A DNA stretch of 59,384 bases, counting the filler, from Nemertoderma westbladi (taxonomy: Eukaryota > Animalia > Xenacoelomorpha), in assembly GCA_032718475.1 (NCBI GenBank). It is 3 parts of 3 records of this genome, joined end to end, with 100 filler letters (N's around TTAATTAATTAA, not from the genome) between each part and the next. Parts side by side here need not be neighbours in the genome. Positions count along the whole stretch, not along the records: positions 20,918 to 46,389 come from JAUCBJ010006150.1; positions 46,490 to 59,384 come from JAUCBJ010002268.1; 1 more part is not named here. One strand, 5' to 3'. Position numbers and translations under genes: made by a program. The notes under the pieces are model-generated. The model worked only from the letters and a program-made list of their open reading frames with translations, was not told where the DNA came from and did not search any database. How positions within the stretch are numbered: the first letter of the stretch is position 1; each line of letters starts with the position of its first letter. Shown piece by piece: positions 39,254-52,646 of this stretch.

Positions 39254-41816
39254 ATGGCATTGCGATCTAAAGCTAGTTTATGTGGTCATCCAACTGAACT
39301 GCCTTGTATTCAGCTACCAACTCTTGGTGATGTATTACGGCATTTTGAATATGTTCGGCTAAAAAAAAATGAAAGTCACCCGTCACGGCGTGAGCTGGCA
39401 GAAGCTGTAGCTCAGGATATTATAGCTCTTTATACTAAATCATCAATCCCTACAATAACAAAGGAAGGAATTATTTGGAAAATATTAAATGACAGTAATA
39501 AGATCCGTGATATTGATAAGGTTCCTCATCAGCGTAGATCAAAGCCATATTTCATTGATCGGGTAGAAGAATGTAATAGCCGTTTAATATGTATGTTCGA
39601 TGTTTCTGGCGAACTGATTCCAGAAATTGAACGGCCATTTCTTGAAGATCAACGTGGAATGAGACGAATGTTCATCGGTGGTATTGACCGGAAAGAATCC
39701 TTAGCAATTCAGAAGCGTGTGGATCGGCAGCAGCAACTTATTGAGAGGGAGGAAAAAGAAGCAAAGCGTGTTAGTGAAATCCTTACTGATACAATGGCAG
39801 TCGATGATGGACTATCAAACCCCCAACCTGGAACTTCTGGGATATCAAGTGGAAGCCAAATTACTGGTACCGGTACCCAGATAGCACGAGAGCATGTCCC
39901 TAGGAACTACAGCAAGTTCCCCCTGGTAGCCCGTGAAGCCGATAGATATGGATTATCAAATCGTGCTGTAGCAGCAGTAGTAACTGCCACTCTCCAGGAT
40001 GCTACCTTGGATTTTAGTTCCAGTCAGATTGTTGATAAAAACAAGATTAGCCGTATTAGGGAGAAAAGGCGAGAGAATCTTGGTAACCTGGATCGATCAT
40101 ATAGTCCAATTCATGGGATTTATTTCGATGGTAGAAAAGATAGTACACTAGTTAAAGATGAGCAATCACAAAATTTTGTCAAGCTTCGTGTTGAGTAACA
40201 CTATGTTCTGGTGGAAGAACCTGTTGGTAAGTATTTAGGACATGTTTGTCCAAAGTCGGGAAAAGCTGTTGACATTGCCAGGATATTAGACACCTTATTA
40301 TTATACACCTTCTCCCAAAAAGAAATTACAAAACTAAAATATTTCAAAACAAAGTTAAAAAAACAGTTCCTATCGAAATATAGCCATGAGGATGCAACCT
40401 AGCGGATTTGCACCTGTGACTGCCGCCAATTAATAGAACATTATTTATTATACTGTATATGTAATGTAATAATGATTGTACTGTAGGCCTACTCGATTCC
40501 TCATACTGTATATTTGTACTGTACATGGTGCAGCCTAGCTGTTACCTGGAACCCTGTGACGCTTATTTGCTTATAATTATCAGTAAATACTGTATGTATT
40601 AACTGCCTCGTGCAAATATATATTTGAATGAGTTTTTAGAAATTAAAGAGATATAATAATAATAATTGCAGGATCCTTCTTTGATTTCTTTGAGGCGAAT
40701 AATTTGGATATAAGTGGTATACTTGTCATCGGGTGTGACGGAACAAATGTAAATACGGGTCGAGTTGGAGGCATAATTCGACTGATTGAAGAAGAGAAGA
40801 TGTCACCAGTGCAATGGATGGTATGTCTTTTGCATATTAATGAGTTGCCACTCCGCCATATCTTTAGTCAGTTAGATGGTCCAATGGAAGGTCCAAGCTC
40901 CTTCAAAGGACCAATTGGCACTCAAATAAAAGGTTCCCTGATTGATAAACCAGTTGTTTCATATACTCCCATTCCTTCTCCCAACTTTCTGGTTCTAGAT
41001 GAGAATGTAATAAATTCGCTCAGTGCAGATCAGAAGTATCTGTATCATATAACCTTAGCAATCTCTACAGGACAGTGCAGTGGTGACACCTCCATCTTAG
41101 AGCCTGGTAGAATGGCGCATTCACGATGGGTTACCACTGCTAATCGTATTTGCCGACTATATGTGAGCGTTGACCACCCATCGAGAGAACTAGTGGATCT
41201 AACAACATTCATCTTATTGGTGTATTCTCCCATGTGGTTTCTGATAAAACGGGAGCATCACCTTCAGCAAGGGCCAAGCAATTTCTTCTCCCTTGTGAAG
41301 TGGAGCCGATATCTTACTGGAGTTCAGAAAGAAACAGTGGATAAAGTATTAAAGCGGAACTGCTTTTTTGCTCACCCCGAGAATATATTACTTGCTATGG
41401 TATACGACCCCAGTCCTGTTATTCGTGAATTAGCTGTGCGATGCATTCTAAAGGCTCGGGAGAAACACAAGCTCGATTCTGTTCGTTGCTTCGTTACACC
41501 AGAACTTAACCTTGAAGCAGACGACTACACTAGTCTTGTGAAGTGGTGGGATCCAAATCTGACTGTGACTGAGCCGCCAATACTTTCAAATATATCGAAT
41601 GAGATCCTCACACTACTTACCAATCAACCTGAACTCGTCCCATTACCAATTGGATATCCCTGTCATCAGCAGTTAGTTGAGCGTATGGTACGGGTTGTCA
41701 CAGAGGCTTCTCAACAAGTCGTTGGTAAGGTTAAGAGAGATCAACTGATAAAGTCACGAATTGATGCCCGGGACCAAAGACCCAAATTTGACTCCAAGAT
41801 CGATTACATTGTATAG
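39254..41816 (+). pseudogene. hATm transposase, inactivated by one stop and one insertion
   Basis: YFDGRKD, IGCDGTNVNTG, CLLHINELPLRH, HSRW.TTANR, PCH.Q.VER motifs; TAA at 40196-40198; insertion at about 40285-40664. Confidence 0.92.
40285..40664 (+). mobile_element. LINE 3'-end fragment (CR1/L2-like) inserted in the hATm transposase
   Basis: Ends in ATTAAA and a (TAA)n tail, encodes FKTKLKKQFL-like terminal peptide, flanked by ATTGC(C)AGGAT direct repeats; removal restores DIAGSFFDFFEANNLDISGILVIGCDG. Confidence 0.8.
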
Positions 41817-42717
41817 TTTTACAAATAACTAAAGAGCCCCGATAATTCAGTGATACTGGTACTGTCGTATTCACTGAAAGAAAGGATACATTTTTATAAA
41901 TTGGGTTGTTACATAATTTCCATACACAACACAATATGCAGAAATTTGACTGAATACTCGAACTAACAGCATAAAGTGTTAGAGGTGGAAAGAAATAGTG
42001 GTAATTCATGAATGTTATCGAAAATATTAAGTTTATTGTTTTTTTCAGGCTGTTTGTTTATTTACCAAATTGTGATACTTGGGGTCCCTCAAAAGTGATG
42101 TTGATGAAAGCAGGGATATAGTTTTAGTAGACAAGAAAACGAAATCTAAGCAGATTAACATATTATTTCTTTAAATTAGTCGATTATCTACCACTTCCCG
42201 TTATAAGGAACCGCCCGCTAGCCCCAATATGTGACCAGTTGGAGGACCCCCACGGGGTGATTCAATTTATTCAATTTTTGGTATTTTTTCATCTCACACC
42301 AAGCCTCCTCACTGGTACAACTTGTGGAGCAATTGCATAACTTTTACATTTTATGACCCACCCTAGTGTGTATGTATGTCAGTAGCTACTTGAATTCCAT
42401 CAGTTAATACTTTACTTACTGCAAATTAGCAATAAAAGAACTGGCTAATCCGGTATTCCTTTATTCCAGTATTCCCTATTGTACCTGTAGTGAACTACTG
42501 TAATGTAAAATATTGAATTAATTTAAAGTTGAATTGAAATTAAATAAACATAACTGAATTGTTATATATCAGTTGCGGAAAAATTGCTCGAGAACAGCGA
42601 ACTAGTTGGCGAGTCAATATCAATAGCAGTCACCGGACCGGGCATTACAACGGTGGTGGAAAAATCGCTCAAGAATATCGAGCTGGTTGGCGAATTTACT
42701 TCGATAGCTCCCTTAAT

Positions 42718-45700
42718 ATGGGAGATCATCTTGATAATCATGTTCTGCCAACAGTTGGAGACTGTCTTTCTACATACACATCGTACACTAAGACTGGGTC
42801 ATCAAAACAGGAGGCTATTTCGAAAACTGCCAGTCAAGTCAGTTCGATTTGGAAAGAATGCAACTGCTGTCCTAAAGACTTAAAACTGATTAAGAAACTC
42901 TTAGATGAATCCATTAAGAAAAAGGAGAATTTACTAGCTACTCATAAAAAGGCAGAACTGCGGCAGTTTGAAAAGGAACTGTTTGATGTCATTACATCAT
43001 TCAAATATCGTAAAGGAGCATTTGATCTTGATTTTTATGAGGACCAGCAAACATCTAGGACGCTGAGAAGAGAAACGTGTTTAAATCCAGAATTTGAAAA
43101 GAGTTTGGAAAATATTACAAATGAAGAACAAAGGGCTGAACGGTACAGAAGTCTACAGAGTACCTCAAGCCAATCACTATTTTATCAGGATGAGGATGCA
43201 GTTCTGATATCTTCAGAAACAGATGCAATTTGCAGTGATGAATTTGAGAAAGTGTGTCCTTCTTCACCAACAGCACGATTAACTAGGAAAAGAAAGAAAT
43301 CTTCAAATACAACTAACACTAGCAACAACAAATGTTATCGATCTAACTCAGCCCAATCAGATGTCAATAAATTTCCAAAAGTACAAGTTCGCTCAGTCCC
43401 CACTCGAGATCGCTACACATCCTCAAAAGATGTGAAAACTGAAATAACTAATGTTATTGTCAAGCTGATGGCTGTAGCCGATCTGAGCCCAAAACAAGCT
43501 CTACAGTCACTTCAAATAGTGGCAAATGATTTATTTGGCCAGAGCTTCAAACTACCTCTTGAACTGGAACAATCAAAAGGAAAGGTAAATAATAGTGAGA
43601 ATGAGAATGAGAGACGTAAACGCACATATGATCCTGATCGTCTACCTTCGAAGCATTATATACGAGAGGCTCGATGCTTAATATCTCTTTGTACTGAACA
43701 AGAGATTGGAAATGAGTTGATAACTTCCGAGGCTGCTGTTCAACACATAGATGGTACCTCACGGAAACGACTTGGGAAGATCATTACTGCCCCATTAACA
43801 ATTGATGAGAAATTGAGAGTACTTCCATATTTTTGTGTAGCCAATGAGACAACTCAAAATCTTTGCAAGTTACTAGTTTATCAACTGGAGCGTTTTTGCT
43901 GTTTAACTGAGTGTGAAAGTAAGGAGATGTTATGGAAGAAGGTAAGCTGTACAATGACAGACCTTGCATCTTCTAACCACAAGATTGCAGCTGAAGTATC
44001 TAAGGACCTTGGTATTACTTATAAACCAGGAGTCCTCTTCTGCACTTATCCACACAGTTCTTGGATTTGATGAAGCCATTAAAAGAGTTATGTTAGTAAT
44101 TGAACGGGAAATAGGTCATGACAAACTCTTAGCTGATATATCATATATTGATGCCCATGACAGCAGTTCTCCAGCAGTAATACAAGCCATAGATGCAATT
44201 TTGCGTCTGTTCAGTCCAGAATACTCAAACAAACCGTGGTCATGATATTTCAAATTTACCACATGGCTAGAAGGTCAAGGTAAAACGAACATGTCTTTTG
44301 ATCTGAAAGACAGAAGATTTGGAAAACTTCCTGCCTGTGCCGCAGTCATTATTTATCACTTGAATGATTTCGTAAAATTTATAAATGATGCAAATGAACT
44401 AAGAAATCAGCTGGTTTGTGTCGTGTATGGATATTTGAATAGTGATGTGATTCGCCTCTTATTACTGCCTATTGCAGTTCTGGGTATTTGCCTCCATGAG
44501 CCTTATATTTCTATGATCATGTCACCTTACACAACATACTCGAAACTTTTGCAGTGGCTGCCAGAGCTATATGAAGAGTTGCGTCTTTTTAGCGGATCAG
44601 AAGTACAATTAAGAGGAAACACATTTTCAGTCTTTAGTAATCTTGTTTACACCCGTCATTACCCAGATAAATGGGTTGACATGATCGAATCAGAGCTTCA
44701 TGACAATTCAAAACAAGAACTTTGCATCAAAGTACTGACAAAACTAACGAAAGAATGTGCTACAACACTTAGCAACCAACGTGGAGGCGCATTTCAATTT
44801 GGTGATGCTCAAAATCTACATCCTTACCCAGTTAGAGATCAGGTGGTAGGAGATATGACCAAACTAGACCGGATTCCCATTCACAATATTGCCTGTGAAC
44901 AGCTGTTTGGAGAAATCGACGAACGAAGTAAAAAGGGTGGGGGTTCATCAGGCACCATGAAGTATGTGTCTGATAAGATAGTAATTGGAAAATCGATTGA
45001 TCTGGCATTTAAAGGTAACTCCTACTGGAAAACAAAACAAATGAAAGCTAAAAAGAAAGAAATAGATCATCTTGAAATAAAGTGGGGAGAAGCACAACAG
45101 AGAATAAAGGTACAGACATCTAAATGTGATGATCTAGAAACAGAACAGATCCTACAAGGTCGCAAGTCATTAGAGCTGAAACGAGCAATAAAAGATCTCT
45201 CAGGTGGTATCATCCCAACATCATCCGAAGATATTGAAAATATTATTCATAATGTTGAGGGTGCAAAACTGAATAAAGTGGTCACTGCACTTATACGAAA
45301 CTCCAAATATGACTTCAAGTCACTGAAAACTGATCACCCCTTGTTTAGACAACGAGGACTATCACTTGAATCAAAGGTAAACAACTTAAAGGTGCTATAT
45401 GGTGAACATCTGGAGAAAGGTAGGTTAACAGCAACCCTCGATGACTTGAGGAATGCTATTGGATTATCAGAAATGTCTACCTCATCTGCTCATGACTTTG
45501 AAGAGGATCAAATTCAGGAGGTTGCAGACCAGGAGTCTTATGTTTTCCACAGAGGTGAATTGGTTGTTGCAATTTGGCAAGACATTTGGTCTATTGGTGA
45601 AGTCATATCTTTCCTTCAAGTTCCAGATGAGAAAGTTTTAATAAAAGTACGTTTCATGCAGCGTTTGCAAATTGACAATCATGACAAGTGGAAATGGCCT

Positions 45701-45859
45701 ACTATTGATGACATTTATAACACTAATCCAGAAAATATTCTTCCAATGATACATCCCATCCTAGAACTTTCATCACTGTCTACTATGTATAGGTTTACCT
45801 TTGAACTAACAAACTTATCAGTAATATTAGCATGTGTTGAAGATGCTCAAAAAAACTGA
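42718..45859 (+). pseudogene. ~1050-aa hAT-related DDE transposase with one frameshift and one stop
   Basis: N-terminus resembles that of the nested hATm (LPT.GD, LFDV, FYEDQ..R); candidate catalytic motifs HIDGTSRK, TMTDLASSN, FC..HTVLGF (frameshift ~44045), RF, HNIACEQLFG; TGA at 44243-44245; Tudor/SH3-like tail. Confidence 0.75.
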
Positions 45860-46389
45860 ACTTGAACGTGAAACTGAATTTCAAAATATTTTTTGTAAAA
45901 CATGCTCTTGTATATGATGATGATATAGGTTACTGGTGTATGCTTGATTATTAAACATGATGGTTCTAATGTTTACTGTAAAATTTGATTAATTATCTTT
46001 AATGTAAACAATTATACTTCCGTAAATTCGAAACAACTATAGGCAATTGGTTGCAAAAGATCACCTGTCGCATTTGAACTTCAGTTCAGGTCATAGTATG
46101 ATGTCCATTGTGGTCTCATTTAAACCGCAATGGTCGATTTAGTGGGGGTAGGTGTTTATTGATTTATCCAATTCCCAATAGTTTGGAAACTATACATGGA
46201 ATTATACTTTCCCGGTGTATCGGACTTATCAATCATAGGTTTATGTTCAAAATTAGGGCAGGAAGTTGCCAATTTTGGTTCAGAGCAAGTAAATTTGCAT
46301 TTTTTGACATCCTAATACATATGAGAACATTTCCAAGGGGTCCAAACTTTGGTCCATGACATTTCATAAAAAAAGTGGATTTGATCCCC

Positions 46390-46489
46390 NNNNNNNNNNN
46401 NNNNNNNNNNNNNNNNNNNNNNNNNNNNNNNNNTTAATTAATTAANNNNNNNNNNNNNNNNNNNNNNNNNNNNNNNNNNNNNNNNNNNN
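46390..46489. other. Assembly spacer (contig join)
   Basis: Same 100-nt N/TTAATTAATTAA/N linker. Confidence 0.98.
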
Positions 46490-46962
46490 TCGCTTTCCAC
46501 TTCGCTTTCCACCTCACTTTCCACTTCGCTTTCCACCTCACTTTCCACTTGAGAAGAAGTGGCGTTGGTTGATTCTTCATAGGTTGGCCGCTCATCATAA
46601 ACCGTATCCGCCATCTTCGCTCCGCGTTCGGGCGTCCGCTCAACAGTATCCGAACTACTGGAGCTATCGGGCCGCTGAGAACTAGGTTCTTGGCTAGGAG
46701 GTTGCTGCTGTTTTATAGCTTCTTCTTGATCCCGCTTGACTTGGGCCCGAGTGCCTATGGCAGACCAACGGCGCTTCACTAACTTCGCAAATTGCGAAAT
46801 CTTTTCTACCAACCTAGGTTCTGACACAACCACTGCAGGGGTTGCCCTTCTTACAGTATGAGGGGTTTCAGACCTCGGTCTGGGATTCTCTACACTTTGA
46901 TCTGAGAAACAGGCTGTTGTTTCTAGGAGACTATCTGACAGAGTTTGCCTTGTGTCAGCCAT
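46490..46962 (-). CDS. N-terminus of a low-complexity ORF cut by the gap, possibly a retroelement gag/ORF1
   Basis: ATG at 46962, open into a 12-bp (ESEV)n repeat at the contig end; no diagnostic domain visible. Confidence 0.35.
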
Positions 46963-48338
46963 GTTTGATTGTACAGTCGAATGCCTACTGCTATATTACA
47001 GTTAAAGCAAGTCTAGTAATTCAGTATCACTGTTAGCCTAATAATTAATTACCGATACTGCTACTCAGTGTAGCGTGATATATATATAATATATTAGAAT
47101 ACCGGTATGTTTATAATATATATATATAAGTATTATTACAGACTAGATTTGTCACAGAGTACCGGTATATAATTTTAGCACAAATATATATAAATATATA
47201 ATAGGCCTATCGTGAATACCGGTATACAGCTGACACTTATAGTATATATAAGTATAATTATTACTAGAATTAATTACAGAATACCGGTATGATTTCAGCT
47301 CAAATTTATAGAAATAAATATAATAAGCCTATGGTAAATACCGGTATGTCAATTATTTTAGAATAATTGAATTTCTGAATATTTTAGGGTTACTTGGTTA
47401 CTTTAACTTACTTTATTACCGTTATTTAAGCAGCAGTCCAACTGATATTGAGACCTAGTTGTTGTATGGCAGGCCTACTATTTATAAATCGTTTGAGTTG
47501 ATTTATAATATTTATATACCCGTTTAAAAGGGTTTTGTCAATATTTGAAATAAATGTTATTATTTCTGGGGGAGTCACTACACAGAAGCTGTGCGCTCTC
47601 AGTGAAGTGCTACCTATGGGACACTAAAACAGATAATTCTAATTTACCTAAGTTACTTAATACTACAAATTACTTACGATACGGGTGAGATTAAATCTCT
47701 AGTTAAACACAACAAAAATATTACGTACGAATTTTTAGGGTAATTTTACAGGAAGTCTACAAACCAGCCTAACAAAGGGTTAGAATTCTGGTTATTACAA
47801 TGGACAGGGTACTACGGTATTTGAAAATAATAAGTAGTAGTAAATACACTGCGTTGTCCAGATAGGAAAATACCACCGCCTGACGACCTATAACCGTATC
47901 GCTATAGGTACTACGTTATGTATCACGGATTGTTCCTACCTAGAAGTTAATTACCGCGGACTACCAGATCCAGCGTGCCTATTAACCACTTTACAACACA
48001 AATATACTGCCTACACACTAATTACTTCGGAAAGCACTGTACACTAAACCCTAAATTAGGTACAAGTACTGGTATAACAAATAATCAGCAGTTAAATATA
48101 CTTGAACAGTTAAAAGAACCACGGCATCTGCTGGAGTGACCGAAGCACAAAGTCACCAGTCTTTACCTACGCCAAGCAGCCCGTGTAGTACCGGGGTTAA
48201 TTTAACTATAACGGTATGTGTAACAAACACAATTACTGTAGGAATAAACTTGGGGACATGAATGTTGCGAATAATCGCATAAACTCTGAATAATAAATAT
48301 TACGCTACCCGTACAGAATACTCAAACAAATACAAACC

Positions 48339-48863
48339 AAAACGCTGGCAGACTACCACCAAGCCTAAATAAACTACCGTACGTGTAGATTCTGAAATAG
48401 TTAGTTAGTATGCGTTCTAACACGGTAGTACGACTTATTCTTTAAGAGGGGATTGACCTTACCGCTATGGCTGCCCCAACTTACTAACGGAGCTTTATCA
48501 GACAAACTCTACACACGCAGCAATCTCTTCAGACCTAATAATAGCTAGACAACAATCCAGCCTACAAAATATCTGAGTAATAACTATTACGGTACCTGAA
48601 CAGACCACACAAACAAACACAGGCTAAAACGCTGGCAGACTACGATCAAGCCTAAATAAACTACAGTATATGCAGATTCTGAAATAGTTAGTTAGTATGC
48701 GTTCTAACACGGTAGTACGACTTATTCTTTAAGAGGGGATTGACCTTACAGCATATGGCTGCCCCAACTTACTAACGGCACTTTATCAGACAAACTCTAC
48801 ACACGCCGTAATCTCTCCAAACCCAACAACAGTCAGACAGCAGTTCAGCCTACAATTATCTGA
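48339..48863. repeat. Direct repeat, period about 287 bp, two copies
   Basis: AAAACGCTGGCAGACTAC...CAGCCTACAA..TATCTGA at about 48339 and 48626. Confidence 0.9.
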
Positions 48864-49035
48864 ACAATCTGAGCAGACTTACACGTCTTCAGCTCAATAT
48901 TTACTTACTAGGAAATAAAACCGACAGAAATAAGTAAAATCTCAATAAAAACCAGGGCGGCCGTTCCCTGATTAAATACTAAGACCTACCGGTATACTAT
49001 AATCAAAATCGAATAATACTAATGTACTTATACTG

Positions 49036-49162
49036 GAAGTACCGGTTAGGGCAGTTGGGCCTACGGACCTACAGAAGTGCCGGTTCTGGCAGTTGGACCT
49101 ACTGACCTACAGCAGTACCGGTTCTGGCAGTTGGGCCTACTGACCTACAGAAGTACCGGTTC
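49036..49162. repeat. 38-bp tandem repeat, about 3.3 copies
   Basis: GAAGTACCGGTTCTGGCAGTTGGGCCTACTGACCTACA units. Confidence 0.9.
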
Positions 49163-50477
49163 AGGTTTACCGGTCGATCGGTACTTTCAACTTTATTGCT
49201 TACTGCAATAAAGTCAATGACTGTTATTGTACGCGCTTTTGAAGACCTTTAGCAGTTTAACCTGCCAAAATTTATATGTCTTTTGATTTATAAATATACT
49301 TTAGAAGATGACAAATATTTAATACCAATAAACACAACATTAGCAGAAGCCAGCCTAGTGCGCGTCCATTCACCCGCTGGATAATCCCGGGAGGCTGGAT
49401 TCTGTCGGCTTAGATTATTATTGCAGTGAAGCTTACGGTATTGTATTATTCGATTGATCGTTAATAATTAATTTCTGACTAATATTATTCACTTTCGGGA
49501 AATATTAACAGTTCCTTTTAGGACGTGGCGCTCTATCTAAGTAAACAGAGATATGACTTATACTAATCACAACGGTAAGTCGGTAAGGCTTATGATTCAC
49601 GTATGAGGCGCATTCTTTAGGAAATGCTTAGTTATCAGCCACAATCATGCACACTACCGGTAACGCACAATACTGCTCACTAATTTGCCGACCGTCAATG
49701 AATTTTATCATATATAAAGAGAATAGCAACGGACTCATGTAGGGCTTATCAAATAGCATTAAATTCAATACACACCACAATAATATAAGTCGCAATCGCT
49801 ATATATATAACCCGCCTCTCTAACCTGTAGTGTATCAAGAAAATTGGGAAATTTGGGTTCTTTATAAATGTTCTCCAAATAATATTCAATCCACTGATAT
49901 AAGATATGACAACAGTAAAACATTAAGACGGTAGGTTAAGATATGATATGCACTGATATGGACCGATATGTGAGTTGTTATGAACCGATAACAGTCATAC
50001 GCTCTATAATCTTAAGCCTACTAATGTTTCTTTCTAGAGCCGTTGTTTCTGGCTTAGACAGCAATAACAACAAAGTATCAGTAAAAAACTGTAAGACTGA
50101 ACAATCCCAGTATGATCGGCTCAAAGCTCCACATCGACAGAGAGAATCGCTCTGATTGGCTGAAGCCAAACAAAGAACCATGCGTCCAATGGCTGTTTCC
50201 ATTTAAGCAACCAGCTGTTAGATGTCGTAATCTGAATCATCACGGCTAAGCTGTGTAAAAGTATTTGCCGTATTGCGGGTTTTTTGCCTTACCATGTCCG
50301 CTAAAACACGTATATAGCAGAATGACTTTTATGTCCGTTAAAACACCTGTAACGGTACCTTGCGGGCGAGGGGAATATATATACAGTTAGAGAACCTTTT
50401 TTAGAGTATTCCAGCGCCTGGGGGGAAACTGGATTGCGAAGCAAAGGGGCCAGTTATATCCCACAGAAGCTTTTACA

Positions 50478-52646
50478 CAGATAGGAGTAGCGCCCGCCCC
50501 TACCTTCGGGTAGCAGATAGGAGTAGCGCCCGCCCCTACCTTCGGGTAGCAGATAGGAGTAGCGCCCACCCCTACCTTCGGGTAGCAGATAGGAGTAGCG
50601 CCCACCCCTACCTTCTGGTAGCAGATAGGAGTAGCGCCCACCCCTACCTTCGGGTAGCAGATAGGAGTAGCGCCCACCCCTACGCTCGGGTAGCAGATAG
50701 GAGCAGCGCCCGCCCCTACCTTCGGGTAGCAGATAGGAGTAGCGCCCACCCCTACCTTCGGGTAGCAGATAGGAGTAGCGCCCGCCCCTACCTTCGGGTA
50801 GCAGATAGGAGTAGCGCCCGCCCCTACCTTCGGGTAGCAGATAGGAGTATCGCCCGCCCCTACCTTCGGGTAGCAGATAGGAGTAGCGCCCACCCCTACC
50901 ATCGGGTAGCAGATAGGAGTAGCGCCCACCACTACCTTAGGGTAGCAGATAGGAGTAGCGACCACCCCTACCTTCGGGTATCAGATAGGAGTAGCGCTCA
51001 CCCCACCCCTTCGGGTAGAAGATAGGAGTAGCGCCCACCCCAAACTTCGGGTAGCAGATAGGAGTAGCGCCCACCCCTACGTTCGGGTAGCAGATAGGAG
51101 TAGCGCCCACCCCTACCTTAGGGTAGCAGATAGGAGTAGCGCCCACCCCTACGTTCGGTTAGCAGATAGGAGTAGCGCCCACCCCTACGTTCGGGTAGCA
51201 GATAGGAGTAGCGCCCACCACTACCTTAGGGTAGCAGATAGGAGTAGCGCCCACCCCTACGTTCGGGTAGCAGATAGGAGTAGCGCCCACCCCTACGTTC
51301 GGGTAGCAGATAGGAGTAGCGCCCGCCCCTACCTTCGGGTAGCAGATAGGAGTATCGCCCGCCCCTACCTTCGGGTAGCAGATAGGAGTAGCGCCCACCC
51401 CTACCATCGGGTAGCAGATAGGAGTAGCGCCCACCACTACCTTAGGGTAGCAGATAAGAGTAGCGCCCACCCCTACCATCGGGTAGCAGATAGGAGTAGC
51501 GCCCACCACTACCTTAGGGTAGCAGATAGGAGTAGCGCCCACCCCTACGTTCGGGTAGCAGATAGGAGTAGCGCCCGCCCCTACCTTCGGGTAGCAGATA
51601 GGAGTATCGCCCGACCCTACCTTCGGGTAGCAGATAGGAGTAGCGCCCACCCCTACCATCGGGTAGCAGATAGGAGTAGCGCCCACCACTACCTTAGGGT
51701 AGCAGATAGGAGTAGCGCCCACCCCTACGTTCGGGTAGCAGATAGGAGTAGCGCCACCCCTACCTTCGGGTGGCAGATAGGAGTATCGCCCGCCCCTACC
51801 ATCGGGTAGCAGATAGGAGTAGCGACCACCCCTACCATCGGCTAGCAGATAGTAGTAGCGCCCACCCCTACCTTCGGGTGGCAGATAGGAGTATCGCCCG
51901 CCCCTACCATCGGGTAGCAGATAGGAGTAGCGACCACCCCTACCATCGGGTAGCAGATAGGAGTAGCGACCACCCCTACCATCGGGTAGCAGATATGAGT
52001 AGCGCCGACCCCTACCCTCGTGTAGCAGATAAGAGTAGCGCCCGCCCCTACCATCGGGTAGCAGATAGGAGTAGCGCCCACCCCTACCTTCGGGTGGCAG
52101 ATAGGAGTATCGCCCGCCCCTACCATCGGGTAGCAGATAGGAGTAGCGACCACCCCTACCATCGGGTAGCAGATAGGAGTAGCGACCACCCCTACCATCG
52201 GGTAGCAGATAGGAGTAGCGACCACCCCTACCATCGGGTAGCAGATATGAGTAGCGCCGACCCCTACCCTCGTGTAGCAGATAGGAGTAGCGCCCACCCC
52301 TACCTTCGGGTGGCAGATAGGAGTATCGCCCGCCCCTACCATCGGGTAGCAGATAGGAGTAGCGCCCACCCCTACCTTCGGGTGGCAGATAGGAGTAGCG
52401 CCCACCCCTACCTTCGGGTAGCCGATAGGAGTAGCGCCCACCCCTACCTTCGGGTAGCAGATAGGAGTAACGCACACCACTACCTTCGGGTAGCAGATAG
52501 TAGTAGCGCCCACCACTACCTTCGGGTAGCAGATAGGAGTAGCGCCCACCCCTACCTTCGGGTAGCAGATAGGAGTAGCGCCCACCCCTACCTTCGGGTG
52601 GCAGATAGGAGTAGCGCCCACGGCCACCCCTACCATCGGGTAGCAG
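50478..52646. repeat. GC-rich 36-bp minisatellite, about 60 copies
   Basis: Consensus GGGTAGCAGATAGGAGTAGCGCCCACCCCTACCTTC; no unique spacers; variant units recur in blocks. Confidence 0.98.

Larger units (their letters stand above)
38518..42365 (+). mobile_element. hATm-type hAT transposon
   Basis: TAGGGTGGGTCATAAAATG...CATTTTATGACCCACCCTA TIRs (imperfect beyond ~150 bp), exact 8-bp TSD GTGTGTAT (38510-38517, 42366-42373); ~185-bp tandem duplication at 38882-39252. Confidence 0.95.
38236..46389 (+). mobile_element. Outer hAT-related DNA transposon (about 4.3 kb after removing the nested hATm)
   Basis: Left (TA)GGGGGGGATCAAATCC and right GGATTTGATCCCC running into the assembly gap; long transposase-like ORF inside. 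TSD cannot be read. Confidence 0.75.

Noticed and set aside
49260-50347. 5' LTR and primer-binding site for the 46962 ORF
   Set aside because: No convincing CA-TGG junction or tRNA-complementary stretch on the minus strand.
50478-52646. CRISPR array or a repetitive protein (long ORFs 50387-52732)
   Set aside because: Units are contiguous with no unique spacers and no cas genes; ORFs arise because 36 is a multiple of 3, they switch frame at unit indels, and the peptide is not mucin PTS-like.
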